Notes: generated by a model from the letters alone, not told the origin. 33,791 nt of DNA from an uncultured Gammaproteobacteria bacterium (GCA_964405065.1 CAYOMO010000002.1:1-33791); one strand, 5' to 3'; positions 24,232 to 32,679 are shown, counted from the first letter of the stretch. Numbers and translations: made by a program.

Positions 24232-25167
24232 TTAATCCTTGTTGCGCCAGTAGTCAAAAGTATCCTTTAAAGTTTGTTCTAGTGAAATTTTTGGTTGCCA
24301 GTCAAATTGCTTGGTGATTTTGTCGTGGTTTCCTACTGATATTGGATTGTCAGAGGGACGCATTTTTTCTGGATCTTGAGTGATTTGGATGGAAGTTTTT
24401 GAAATTTTTAGTAGTTTTTCCAATAAATTTTTCATTTTGATTCCGGTTCCGGAACAGAGATTAAAAACTTCTCCGGGAGAGGTATCAGCTTCCAATAGCA
24501 ATTTATAGCCTCTGACAATATCTCTGACATCTGAAATATCCCGAGTACTCTCTAAATTGCCCACAGATAGGTGGGCATCTTTTTTACCGTTTTCAATATC
24601 TACAATTTGGGAGATCATATCTGGGACAAAAAAACCGGGTCCTTGTAAGGGGCCGGTGTGATTGAATGGTCTGACTACTATGGCATTGAGTTGATGGCTG
24701 ATAGCAAGTTGGGTGGTCAGTTTGTCAGCAGCCAGTTTGCTTGTGCCGTAGTAATTGAGTGGATTTAGAGTATCTGTTTCAACAATATTTTCAGGATGAT
24801 CCGTCTTTCCATAAACTTCAGCTGATGAGATATAGAGTACTTTAGGATTATAATTGTCCGTTTGTTGTTTGATAATTGCCTGATATAAATTGTTGGTACC
24901 CAGCAGATTGATCTTAAATACCTGTTCAGCATCTTTAAAATGAGTTGGGGCTATAGCAGCTAAATGTATGATGTATTCTGGTTGGTGTTTTTCGATAATC
25001 TCTTCTAAAAAATGACTATCCAAAATATTGCCGCTATAAAACTTTTTATTTTCTGTATCAGTTAGGTCACCGCCATGAGTAAGTCCGATAATAAAATAAT
25101 CTGATAATAATTCCTGTAAATGCTGACCGACGAAGCCATTACTGCCAGTAATAAGCACTTTTTTCAT
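24232..25167 (-). CDS. rmd: GDP-4-dehydro-6-deoxy-D-mannose reductase-like SDR (Rmd type)
   Basis: ITGSNGFVGQHL, ISSAEVYG, YGTSKLAADKL, RPFNHTGP, VGNLESTRDISDVRD, NLCSG, QDPEKMRPSD. This resembles the Rmd pattern as I recall it, and the gene sits immediately upstream of gmd. Confidence 0.7.
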   Translation of the reverse strand: MKKVLITGSNGFVGQHLQELLSDYFIIGLTHGGDLTDTENKKFYSGNILDSHFLEEIIEKHQPEYIIHLAAIAPTHFKDAEQVFKINLLGTNNLYQAIIKQQTDNYNPKVLYISSAEVYGKTDHPENIVETDTLNPLNYYGTSKLAADKLTTQLAISHQLNAIVVRPFNHTGPLQGPGFFVPDMISQIVDIENGKKDAHLSVGNLESTRDISDVRDIVRGYKLLLEADTSPGEVFNLCSGTGIKMKNLLEKLLKISKTSIQITQDPEKMRPSDNPISVGNHDKITKQFDWQPKISLEQTLKDTFDYWRNKD

Positions 25168-25173
25168 ATCTTG

Positions 25174-25202
25174 AGTTTAGCTCAAATAGAGATAAGCAAC
25201 AA
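25174..25202 (-). promoter_or_regulatory. Sigma70-like promoter TTGTTG-17-TAAACT, 6 nt upstream of the rmd ATG 25167
   Basis: The minus strand reads TTGTTGCTTATCTCTATTTGAGCTAAACTCAAGATATG. Confidence 0.35.
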
Positions 25203-25256
25203 GTACAGAAGCAAAAAGTATTAATAAATAAATTTTTTTGCTTTTGGCTTATCTCT
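25188..25256. repeat. Nested inverted repeat AGAGATAAGC...GCAAAAA...TTTTTGC...GCTTATCTCT
   Basis: Outer arms 25188-25197 / 25247-25256 (10 bp, perfect). Inner arms 25211-25217 / 25235-25241 (7 bp, perfect). Confidence 0.65.
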
Positions 25257-25273
25257 TATTACTAAACAATAGA

Positions 25274-25302
25274 TTGTAAACTCAGGGGTTTTCAAATACA
25301 CT
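25274..25302 (+). promoter_or_regulatory. Sigma70-like promoter TTGTAA-17-TACACT, 6 nt upstream of ATG 25309
   Basis: TTGTAA at 25274-25279, TACACT at 25297-25302, ATG at 25309. Confidence 0.42.
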
Positions 25303-25308
25303 ACTAAC

Positions 25309-26493
25309 ATGCCAAAAAAAGTTGTGGTTGTTTTGCCGACCTTTAATGAAAAAGAAAATCTTGAAAGTTTTACCAAAGAGGTATTAGCAGTTGAGAGTCA
25401 GATGCCTGGATGGAAAATTGAGCTTGTTATTGCTGATAGTGCGTCTCCAGATGGTACTGGTAAAATAGCCGAAAAGTTGGCAAAAGACAATTCCCGTATT
25501 CACTACATTAATGTTGAAAGAGGGTTGGGTGTAGGTCTAATTAAAGGACATAAATATTCAGCTGAGCATCTACATCCGGATGTCATGGCACAGCTTGATG
25601 CGGATGGACAAGTAGAGGTGGCTGTTTTGCCTAAACTGGTTCAGGCGATCGAAGATGGTTATGATTTAGCTCTTGGATCTAGATTTGTAAAAGGGGGGAA
25701 AAATGATTTGTCACTTTCTCGTCGGATTTTTAGTATTGGTGCTTCCTGGGTAGTTAGGGTTTTAATGGGTCCTTTTGATATAAAAGAGGTTACAAACTCT
25801 GCCAGAGCTTTTACACCCGATTTGTTTAAACGAATAAATCTCAACCGGATGCCCTGGCGGGAAGAAACATTTATTGTTCAGCCAGCATTTTTAAATGAAG
25901 CTATTATGGCAGGAGCTAAGTATAAAGAGGTGCCCTTGGTATTTAAAAATCGGGCAGAAGGATATTCAAAAAATAAAACCATTAATTATACCTATGATGT
26001 TATTACTTATTCGATAGATGCCAGGTTACACAAACTTGGATTGCCGATACCTTTCTATCATCTGAGCCGACGAGCCAAAACTTTTTTGAAATTTGGTTTG
26101 GTGGGAGCGACTGGTACTATTATTGATTTTCTTTTTTATAAGATATTTATTAATTATTACGGCTTGCCACCGGCTACAGCGAAGGCATTATCCACTTCAA
26201 TAGCGATTGTCAATAATTTTGTTCTCAATGATATCTGGACATTTCGGGGAAGAAAAAACTCTGACAATTATTTTCGCAAATTTGGGACATTTGTCGCGGT
26301 AAGTTCAATTGGTTTAGGTATTGCGGTATTAATCGTTAAAGTATTGCATGAGATTTTTGGTGATGGTTTTGTTTGGATTGGGGAAAGGCATATTGCTTAT
26401 AACAATTTTTATTTCTTTGCGACAATTCCACCAGTTATGTTATGGAACTTTTTGGTCAATCACTATGTCACCTGGAGACACAAAAAAGATTAG
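25309..26493 (+). CDS. GT2 polyprenyl-phosphate sugar synthase (DPM1/Ppm1-like) fused to a GtrA-like membrane domain
   Basis: VVLPTFNEKENL, DSASPDGTG, QLDADGQ, then four C-terminal transmembrane spans with FLKFGLVGATGTIIDFLFY and NNFVLNDIWTF (GtrA-like). Confidence 0.8.
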   Translation: MPKKVVVVLPTFNEKENLESFTKEVLAVESQMPGWKIELVIADSASPDGTGKIAEKLAKDNSRIHYINVERGLGVGLIKGHKYSAEHLHPDVMAQLDADGQVEVAVLPKLVQAIEDGYDLALGSRFVKGGKNDLSLSRRIFSIGASWVVRVLMGPFDIKEVTNSARAFTPDLFKRINLNRMPWREETFIVQPAFLNEAIMAGAKYKEVPLVFKNRAEGYSKNKTINYTYDVITYSIDARLHKLGLPIPFYHLSRRAKTFLKFGLVGATGTIIDFLFYKIFINYYGLPPATAKALSTSIAIVNNFVLNDIWTFRGRKNSDNYFRKFGTFVAVSSIGLGIAVLIVKVLHEIFGDGFVWIGERHIAYNNFYFFATIPPVMLWNFLVNHYVTWRHKKD

Positions 26494-26498
26494 TTTAG

Positions 26499-26813
26499 AT
26501 GTGTAATTGGAAGTTCTTCACTGTATTTACCCTGGTAACCCTTATATGTAATTTAGTTTGGATTTTAATAGCTTCGATACTGGGAATGATTTTACTTACA
26601 GCAATTTTTGGCTTTGGTTCTGCGCAACCTTTTTATTATCTTTTACTAGGTTTTATTGGATTTTTGGTATTTGTCCCAACTGTGGTTGCAGGTTTTATTG
26701 CGTATTTATACTTCCGTGGGTCCAAATCTAAAGGACTGATTTATGCTGGATATTATCTTTTTTTAACTTTCGCCCAAGGATGGATTGCTTCAATCTTTTT
26801 AAATATAAATTAA
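26499..26813 (+). CDS. Small hypothetical membrane protein
   Basis: 104 aa with three to four hydrophobic spans. Starts 5 nt after the GT2-GtrA stop. Its stop overlaps the convergent gene's stop (TTAA). Confidence 0.55.
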   Translation: MCNWKFFTVFTLVTLICNLVWILIASILGMILLTAIFGFGSAQPFYYLLLGFIGFLVFVPTVVAGFIAYLYFRGSKSKGLIYAGYYLFLTFAQGWIASIFLNIN

Positions 26814-27973
26814 TCAAATAGTTCAACGTTTGGATACGGAGCGGTGTTACTTAGTAAAAAATTTTGAGCATAGAGATAAATTGCTAGAACCACAATTCCC
26901 ATTACTATTTTAAATTCTTTGGTTGTTAAGACTTTTTCAAAAGCTATTAAAACAAAGGGAAAAATTGGAGCCACATATCGTGAAATATCGCGATGAGTGA
27001 CAAAGATGGTGGCGACTAAATAAGTTAATACAAAAAAAGCTAATGGATAGAGTTTTTGTTTAAATAAATACATGACCGCTAAAAATCCTAGGATAAATAC
27101 ATACACAATATCTTCTAGCCAGATTTCACCAACCCAAAAGGAGTCTTTATTGAAAACCTGAAAGGGAGGGAAGACTAAATGGATATTATCTCCGGTTTTA
27201 AAGTAGGAGAAAAAGTCGCCATAAGCGATCTGATACCAGCCGAAAACCAGACCTAAGGCAACTGGAATTAATAGTAGTGGATGATATCGATAGAAAGCTT
27301 GAGCAATCCCTTTGAAAATATTTTGTTTAGACTGGTAGAGCTTCCACAATATATAAAGACCAATCGCTATAGCTAGTAATGCTCCTGGAGGGCGGGTGAT
27401 TTGGGCTCCAAAACCCATCAGTCCGGTCAAGTATATGAATTTCCATTTATGAGTGGCTTCGTATTTCATCAAAAAATACAAAGCCGATATTATAAAAAAT
27501 CCAAACATAGTTTCCGAAGAACCGACTGAATGGATGATCAGCCATCTGGCTGGTAAGATCAGAAACAGTAGTGTTAGCCAAAGGGGGTGTTTGCTAAGTT
27601 CGAAATCTTTGACTAACAAATAAAACATCCAGGCTGAGAGGATGGTAAAAAGTAATGCAACAAAAATCATGGATTTCAAAAAACCAAGAAGTGGAGCAAA
27701 TACGAGAATTGCCAGTGAATAACCAGGAAAATGAGCAGCATAATATAGAGCCGGTAGGGGTTGAGGAATATTTTTGATCTGTTCTGGAAAGTAAAGAGTT
27801 TTGGCGATAGTGATGTACTCCATCCCGTCATAATTTCGATAGATTGTGTTAAACCCTTCGGAAAAATTGAGTCCATATATATCAAGCCGCAGTATATGAG
27901 GTAGCCAGACGAAAAATGTCAGTAAAAGAGTGATGGATGTGATGATGGACAGATCTTTAAATGTTTTTGACAT
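26810..27973 (-). CDS. Polytopic membrane protein, probable GT-C type glycosyltransferase
   Basis: Start preferred at ATG 27973 (MSKTFKDL); the ORF-track start is 28009. More than 10 hydrophobic spans, with an acidic first-loop motif NYDGMEYITIAK. Located in the glycosylation cluster. Confidence 0.55.
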   Translation of the reverse strand: MSKTFKDLSIITSITLLLTFFVWLPHILRLDIYGLNFSEGFNTIYRNYDGMEYITIAKTLYFPEQIKNIPQPLPALYYAAHFPGYSLAILVFAPLLGFLKSMIFVALLFTILSAWMFYLLVKDFELSKHPLWLTLLFLILPARWLIIHSVGSSETMFGFFIISALYFLMKYEATHKWKFIYLTGLMGFGAQITRPPGALLAIAIGLYILWKLYQSKQNIFKGIAQAFYRYHPLLLIPVALGLVFGWYQIAYGDFFSYFKTGDNIHLVFPPFQVFNKDSFWVGEIWLEDIVYVFILGFLAVMYLFKQKLYPLAFFVLTYLVATIFVTHRDISRYVAPIFPFVLIAFEKVLTTKEFKIVMGIVVLAIYLYAQNFLLSNTAPYPNVELFD

Positions 27974-28020
27974 ATATATAGTGACTATCTCTGCATTTAA
28001 TGCTAGCATAAAGGGTAAAC

Positions 28021-28119
28021 AATTTCTAATTGCTCTAATTTCTAATGTCTAAAAATGTCTAAATTTAGCCATTATTCATTAAAAGTTTTTTGTATTTAGA
28101 AATTAGTAATTAGAAATTT
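28021..28119. repeat. Imperfect inverted repeat AATTTCTAATTGCTCTAATTTCTAA / TTAGAAATTAGTAATTAGAAATT built of ATTTCTA/TAGAAAT heptamers
   Basis: Arms at 28021-28045 and 28096-28119. The right arm is TAGAAAT TAGTAAT TAGAAAT, ending 6 nt before ATG 28124. Confidence 0.65.
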
Positions 28120-28123
28120 TCTT

Positions 28124-28825
28124 ATGATTAAGTCACTTTCTGTATTTTTTCCGGCATACAATGAAGAGAAAAATATTCAGTCCACCATAGAGGATGCAGT
28201 GGCTGTTTTAAATACGTTACCACTTGAATGGGAGATTTTAGTTATAAATGATGGTTCTAAAGACAGTACCGCTCAAGAAGTCGAGGAGCTGATTAAAAAA
28301 TATCCCCGGGTAAGATTAATCAATCATCAAGGTAATAAAGGGTATGGTGGTGCCTTGAAAACTGGTTTTGCAGAAGCTAAGTATCCTTGGGTAGTATTTG
28401 CTGATTCAGATGGACAGTTTAAATTTGAGGAAGTTAAAAAAATGCTAGAAAAAACTGATGAAGCAGATGTAATTTTGGGTTATCGGTTAAATAGGGCTGA
28501 TCCTTTTCAGAGGAGGATATTTACTTGGGGATGGAAGATGTTGGCGATGGTGATTTTAGGATTGAATGTCAGGGATTATTCATGTGGTTTTAAAATGCTC
28601 AAAAAGAGTGTTTTTGAATCGATACTACCAATTAATTCGGAAGAAAAAGTCACTCAGATAGAAATGCTAATTAAAGCCAAAAGGAAAGGATACCGCTTTG
28701 CCGAAGTTGGAGTGCATCATTATCGTCGAATTCATGGTGTACCTACTGGAGCCAATTTAGCGGTGGTTATTAAAAGTTTTGTTGATATGATGAAGTTGTG
28801 GCATGAGCTTAATTTTGGTAAATAA
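28124..28825 (+). CDS. GT2 polyprenyl-phosphate sugar synthase-like glycosyltransferase (GtrB/ArnC/CsbB type)
   Basis: VFFPAYNEEKNI, INDGSKDST, NKGYGGALKTG, FADSDGQF, CGFKMLKK. Confidence 0.82.
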   Translation: MIKSLSVFFPAYNEEKNIQSTIEDAVAVLNTLPLEWEILVINDGSKDSTAQEVEELIKKYPRVRLINHQGNKGYGGALKTGFAEAKYPWVVFADSDGQFKFEEVKKMLEKTDEADVILGYRLNRADPFQRRIFTWGWKMLAMVILGLNVRDYSCGFKMLKKSVFESILPINSEEKVTQIEMLIKAKRKGYRFAEVGVHHYRRIHGVPTGANLAVVIKSFVDMMKLWHELNFGK

Positions 28826-28872
28826 CAAACACAGATCTTGTCATGCTGAACTAGTTTTGGGATGACAGAATA

Positions 28873-30408
28873 ATGAAAATTATTATGGAGTGGATCAAAA
28901 AAAATCGAACTGAATTTATTATCTTCATTTTAGTTATCCTGATTACTTTAGGTTTGCGACTGTATCGTATTGATGCTTACATGACGTTTTTAGGGGATGA
29001 AGGCCGTGATGCTTTAATGATCAAGCGAATACTAACAACAGGTGATATTCCACTGTTAGGGCCGCCAACTTCAGTCGGAAATATGTATTTAGGGCCTTTG
29101 TATTACTACATGATGGCTATTTCAATGGCTGTATTTTGGCTAAATCCATTGGCTGCGGCTGTGATGGTAGCTTTTATTGGTACAGCTACTGTAGGACTGA
29201 TCTATTATCTGGCTCGTAACTGGTTTGGCAAAACTTCAGCTTTAATAGCAGCTTTTTTATATGCAATTTCACCGGTTAATATTATTTATTCTCGATCATC
29301 CTGGAATCCAAATCCAGCCCCTTTTTTCGCTCTTTTATCAATAGCTGGACTGTATTGGGCTCGGAAAAAAAATAATTTTCTTTATTTTATTATTACAGGT
29401 GCTGCTTTGGCTTTTGCGGTCCAGATGCATTATCTGGCACTTATTTTACTGCCAGTAGCTGGGATTTTATGGCTGTATGAACTATTTTTGCGAATAAAAA
29501 AGCAAATTAATTATCGTTATTTTTGGACGGGAACAGTGGGGGCAATTACCGCTTTTGGAGTATTAATGTCACCTCTTATTATTTTTGATTTAAATCCCAA
29601 TCATCCATGGATGAATACTCGGGCGATTTTGACGTTTTTTAGCGACAGACAGACTACAGTAAATCTTAATTTTTTAAATACATTAGGAAGGATACCTACA
29701 CTATATTTTGATACTTTGGTAGGTCGATATATCGGGGGGCATATCGAAATATTAAGTTGGGTTGTGGGAGTGCTTATTTTATTCCCAGTTGGTTTTTTTG
29801 GGTATCGTTTGTTAAAAAAACAGTTTGATTGGCCGCTTTTTGTACTTAGTGTTTGGATTTTAGTCGGTGTAGCCGGTTTATCTTTATATAAGCAAAATAT
29901 ATATGATCACTATTTAGGATTTATTAATCCAGTGGTGTATCTTTTGCTTGGGGCTTGCTGGTATCTGGCCTCCAAACTGCCAAAAAAGTTTATGGCGGTG
30001 ATTGGTGGACTTTGGATATTAACTTTTGGTCTGGTGATAGCCAATTTTTCGATTAGTCCTTTGCGAATGCCACCGAACAATCAATTTACCAGAACTGAAA
30101 AAATTGCAGATTTTATTATTCAAGAAGCTGAGGGTAAACCTTTTAACTTTGCTCTGATTGCGGAACACAATTATGATGCAGCCTATCAGTTTATTTTAGA
30201 TGCTAAAGGTCACAAACCACTGCAGGTGCCTTTTGATATTACTGATCAACTTTTTGTGGTTTGTGAAGATACGGTTTGTCAGCCAGTTGGAAATCCAAAA
30301 TACGAAATTGCGGCTTTTGGTTGGACCAAAGTAGAAAGTGAGCAGAATTTTGAAGGAGTGAAAGTATTCAAATTGGTACACAATCAACCAGCTGATCAAA
30401 GCCAGTAA
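28873..30408 (+). CDS. GT-C fold membrane glycosyltransferase (ArnT/PMT/GT39-like)
   Basis: 511 aa. FLGDEGRDA, GPLYYYMMA, FGKTSALIAAFLYAISP, many transmembrane spans and a soluble C-terminal domain. An alternative start exists at 28885. Confidence 0.8.
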   Translation: MKIIMEWIKKNRTEFIIFILVILITLGLRLYRIDAYMTFLGDEGRDALMIKRILTTGDIPLLGPPTSVGNMYLGPLYYYMMAISMAVFWLNPLAAAVMVAFIGTATVGLIYYLARNWFGKTSALIAAFLYAISPVNIIYSRSSWNPNPAPFFALLSIAGLYWARKKNNFLYFIITGAALAFAVQMHYLALILLPVAGILWLYELFLRIKKQINYRYFWTGTVGAITAFGVLMSPLIIFDLNPNHPWMNTRAILTFFSDRQTTVNLNFLNTLGRIPTLYFDTLVGRYIGGHIEILSWVVGVLILFPVGFFGYRLLKKQFDWPLFVLSVWILVGVAGLSLYKQNIYDHYLGFINPVVYLLLGACWYLASKLPKKFMAVIGGLWILTFGLVIANFSISPLRMPPNNQFTRTEKIADFIIQEAEGKPFNFALIAEHNYDAAYQFILDAKGHKPLQVPFDITDQLFVVCEDTVCQPVGNPKYEIAAFGWTKVESEQNFEGVKVFKLVHNQPADQSQ

Positions 30409-30433
30409 GGCATATCTTTTTACTTGCTCGATC

Positions 30434-30442
30434 TGAGATAAT
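30434..30442 (+). promoter_or_regulatory. Extended -10 TGAGATAAT, 8 nt upstream of ATG 30451
   Basis: Read directly: ATCTGAGATAATACTATTTTATG. Confidence 0.35.
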
Positions 30443-30450
30443 ACTATTTT

Positions 30451-31212
30451 ATGAGTAAACCTCTTTTTTCAATTATTATTCCTTCATACAATGAGGAAGA
30501 CAATCTGCGAAACGGTGTTTTGCAAGATGTAGATACTTATTTATCAAAACAGGATTATCAAGTCGAAGTTATTATTGTTGATGATGGATCAAAAGACCAG
30601 TCGATTCAATTGATAGAAGATTTTATTGAAAATAAAAAAAATTATCGCCTGATTCGTAATAACCATGGGGGTAAAGCTATCGCAGTAATGACTGGTATGA
30701 TTGAAAGTAGGGGAGAAATTGCTCTTTTTACTGATATGGATCAAGCAACCCCTTTACGAGAGATAGAAAAACTAATGCCCAAATTTGAAGCGGGATATGA
30801 TATCGTTTTTGGCTCTCGTAAAGGCAGAAAAGGAGCACCAGCTATCCGCAAACTGATGGCCTGGGGATTTTCAGTCTTAAGAACTATCTTGTTGGGATTA
30901 CCTTTTAAAGATACCCAATGCGGTTTTAAAGCTTTCAATCGCGAATCTATTGATAAAGTATTCAAACCACTTTTGGTGAGGTGGCAAAAACATTTAAATA
31001 AAAAAGGCGCTGCTGTAAATGCTGGATTTGATGTAGAAACTCTTTTTTTGGCTAAAAAAATAGGTTTTAAAATTGCTGAGGTACCTGTTGAGTGGCATTA
31101 TGTAGGTACTGAGCGAGTCCAGGCGATTCGAGATTCATTGGATGCTTTACAGGATATGGTAAAGATCCGCATTAATGACTTTGCAGGTTCTTATCAGGAA
31201 TTTAAAGGCTAA
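30451..31212 (+). CDS. GT2 polyprenyl-phosphate sugar synthase-like glycosyltransferase (Alg5/DPG-synthase-like)
   Basis: IIIPSYNEEDNL, IVDDGSKDQS, NHGGKAIAV, FTDMDQATP, DTQCGFKAF. Confidence 0.82.
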   Translation: MSKPLFSIIIPSYNEEDNLRNGVLQDVDTYLSKQDYQVEVIIVDDGSKDQSIQLIEDFIENKKNYRLIRNNHGGKAIAVMTGMIESRGEIALFTDMDQATPLREIEKLMPKFEAGYDIVFGSRKGRKGAPAIRKLMAWGFSVLRTILLGLPFKDTQCGFKAFNRESIDKVFKPLLVRWQKHLNKKGAAVNAGFDVETLFLAKKIGFKIAEVPVEWHYVGTERVQAIRDSLDALQDMVKIRINDFAGSYQEFKG

Positions 31213-31215
31213 AGC

Positions 31216-32679
31216 ATGAAAAAATTAGTTCACCAGTGGTTTTGGCCAGATGTGTTGATTGTATTTTTACTCTGTTTTTTACTACCATTTTTCTTTTTTA
31301 ATCTTGGTTTATCTAGTTTGGTTTCCTGGGATGAAGCCTGGTATGCGGAGATAGCTCGAAATATTATCAAATCAGGGGATATATTCAATTTGACTTGGAA
31401 TCAGATGGCTTATTATGATCACCCGCCTGTTGGGTTTTGGTTAATTGCGATAGGAGAAATTTTGTTTGGCTACAGTGAATTTGGTGTCAGATTTGCTTCG
31501 GCAGCGATCGGATTTTTATCAGTTGTTGCCATGTATTTTTTAGGGAAAATCATGTTCAACCGAGTTGTGGGATTTGCTAGTGCGGTTGGTTTGGCTTCGT
31601 CTTTTTGGTTTCTGTTTAGATCTCGCTCCGGTAATTTAGATGTTTTTTTAACATTCTTTTTCATTCTTACTTTTTTAACAGCTTGGAAAGCTCGTTATAA
31701 CCCCAAATGGATGATCTGGTTTGGTTTGTCATTGGTTTTGGTGATCCTGACTAAAACAGGCATTCCATTTACGATAATGCCAGCTTTAATGTTGGTTTTT
31801 TGGGGAAGAAGATATAGTTGGAGAGATGGCATAGCAGCTGGAAGTTTGTTGTTTTTTATTGGAGGAATATGGTTGATATCGCAGTTTTTAACCAATAGGA
31901 GTTTTTTTGATAGATATTTAATGATTGGATTGCCTGGAGTAGGAGGGCAAACTTCTTATTTGGATAATTTTTTACTTGCGAAAGCCTATGTGCATGATGG
32001 TATTGGTAGGTGGTTTTGGCCAGGTGTTTTTGGCATTGTACTTTCAGTTTGTTTTGGTATTTACACTATCTTCAAAAGAAAAGCCGATCGAAAATGGTTT
32101 ATTTTTCCTCTTTTTGTAGTTAGTTTTTTTGGTCCTTTTATATTATCTGCAAAAGGTCATATTTGGCATTTGATTCCACTACATCCTTTTTTGATATTGG
32201 GCTTTTTCTCGGCTAGTTATGCCGTGGGAAAAGAGCTGGTTGAATGGATAGGCAGGCGTTTTGTAAAGCGGGTTAAACCATCTCTCTATTTAAATACTGT
32301 GATGGCTTTTGGTATTGTGGTATTTGGGCTCTATATAGCCTTGTTTCAGTTGCGTTCAGCTTGGATTCAGTTTATAGACCAGACAAAATATGTTTCGGAT
32401 GAACAAATCTTATCTGAAGAAGCTGGACGACAAGATGCCGCTTTTTTCCTAGATGACGACTTTGGCCCTACGGCTGTTTGGTATTCTGGTGGTAAGAGGG
32501 TAAGTCAACTTCGGGGGGATGATGTAAAAAGGCTGTTTAATAAACAGGCACAGTTTGGTAGTGTAAATAAGTTCACTTTAATTACCAAACAGTACCGACT
32601 AGATGAGCAGGGTATAGCAAAGGATCAATATCAGATATTAAAATCAGATAGGGATAAGATATTAGTGATTAGTGATTAG
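31216..32679 (+). CDS. GT-C fold membrane glycosyltransferase (ArnT/PMT_2-like)
   Basis: 487 aa. WDEAWYAEIARNI, YYDHPPVGFWL, FGVRFASA, more than 10 transmembrane spans. Starts 3 nt after the GT2 stop. Confidence 0.82.
   Translation: MKKLVHQWFWPDVLIVFLLCFLLPFFFFNLGLSSLVSWDEAWYAEIARNIIKSGDIFNLTWNQMAYYDHPPVGFWLIAIGEILFGYSEFGVRFASAAIGFLSVVAMYFLGKIMFNRVVGFASAVGLASSFWFLFRSRSGNLDVFLTFFFILTFLTAWKARYNPKWMIWFGLSLVLVILTKTGIPFTIMPALMLVFWGRRYSWRDGIAAGSLLFFIGGIWLISQFLTNRSFFDRYLMIGLPGVGGQTSYLDNFLLAKAYVHDGIGRWFWPGVFGIVLSVCFGIYTIFKRKADRKWFIFPLFVVSFFGPFILSAKGHIWHLIPLHPFLILGFFSASYAVGKELVEWIGRRFVKRVKPSLYLNTVMAFGIVVFGLYIALFQLRSAWIQFIDQTKYVSDEQILSEEAGRQDAAFFLDDDFGPTAVWYSGGKRVSQLRGDDVKRLFNKQAQFGSVNKFTLITKQYRLDEQGIAKDQYQILKSDRDKILVISD

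Noticed and set aside
28826-28872. Hairpin TGTCAT...ATGACA in CTTGTCATGCTGAACTAGTTTTGGGATGACAG. Its first 12 nt recalled another dispersed palindromic repeat family.
   Set aside because: Only a 6-bp perfect stem is present, and the resemblance covers one arm only. It is too weak to call a repeat-family member or a terminator.
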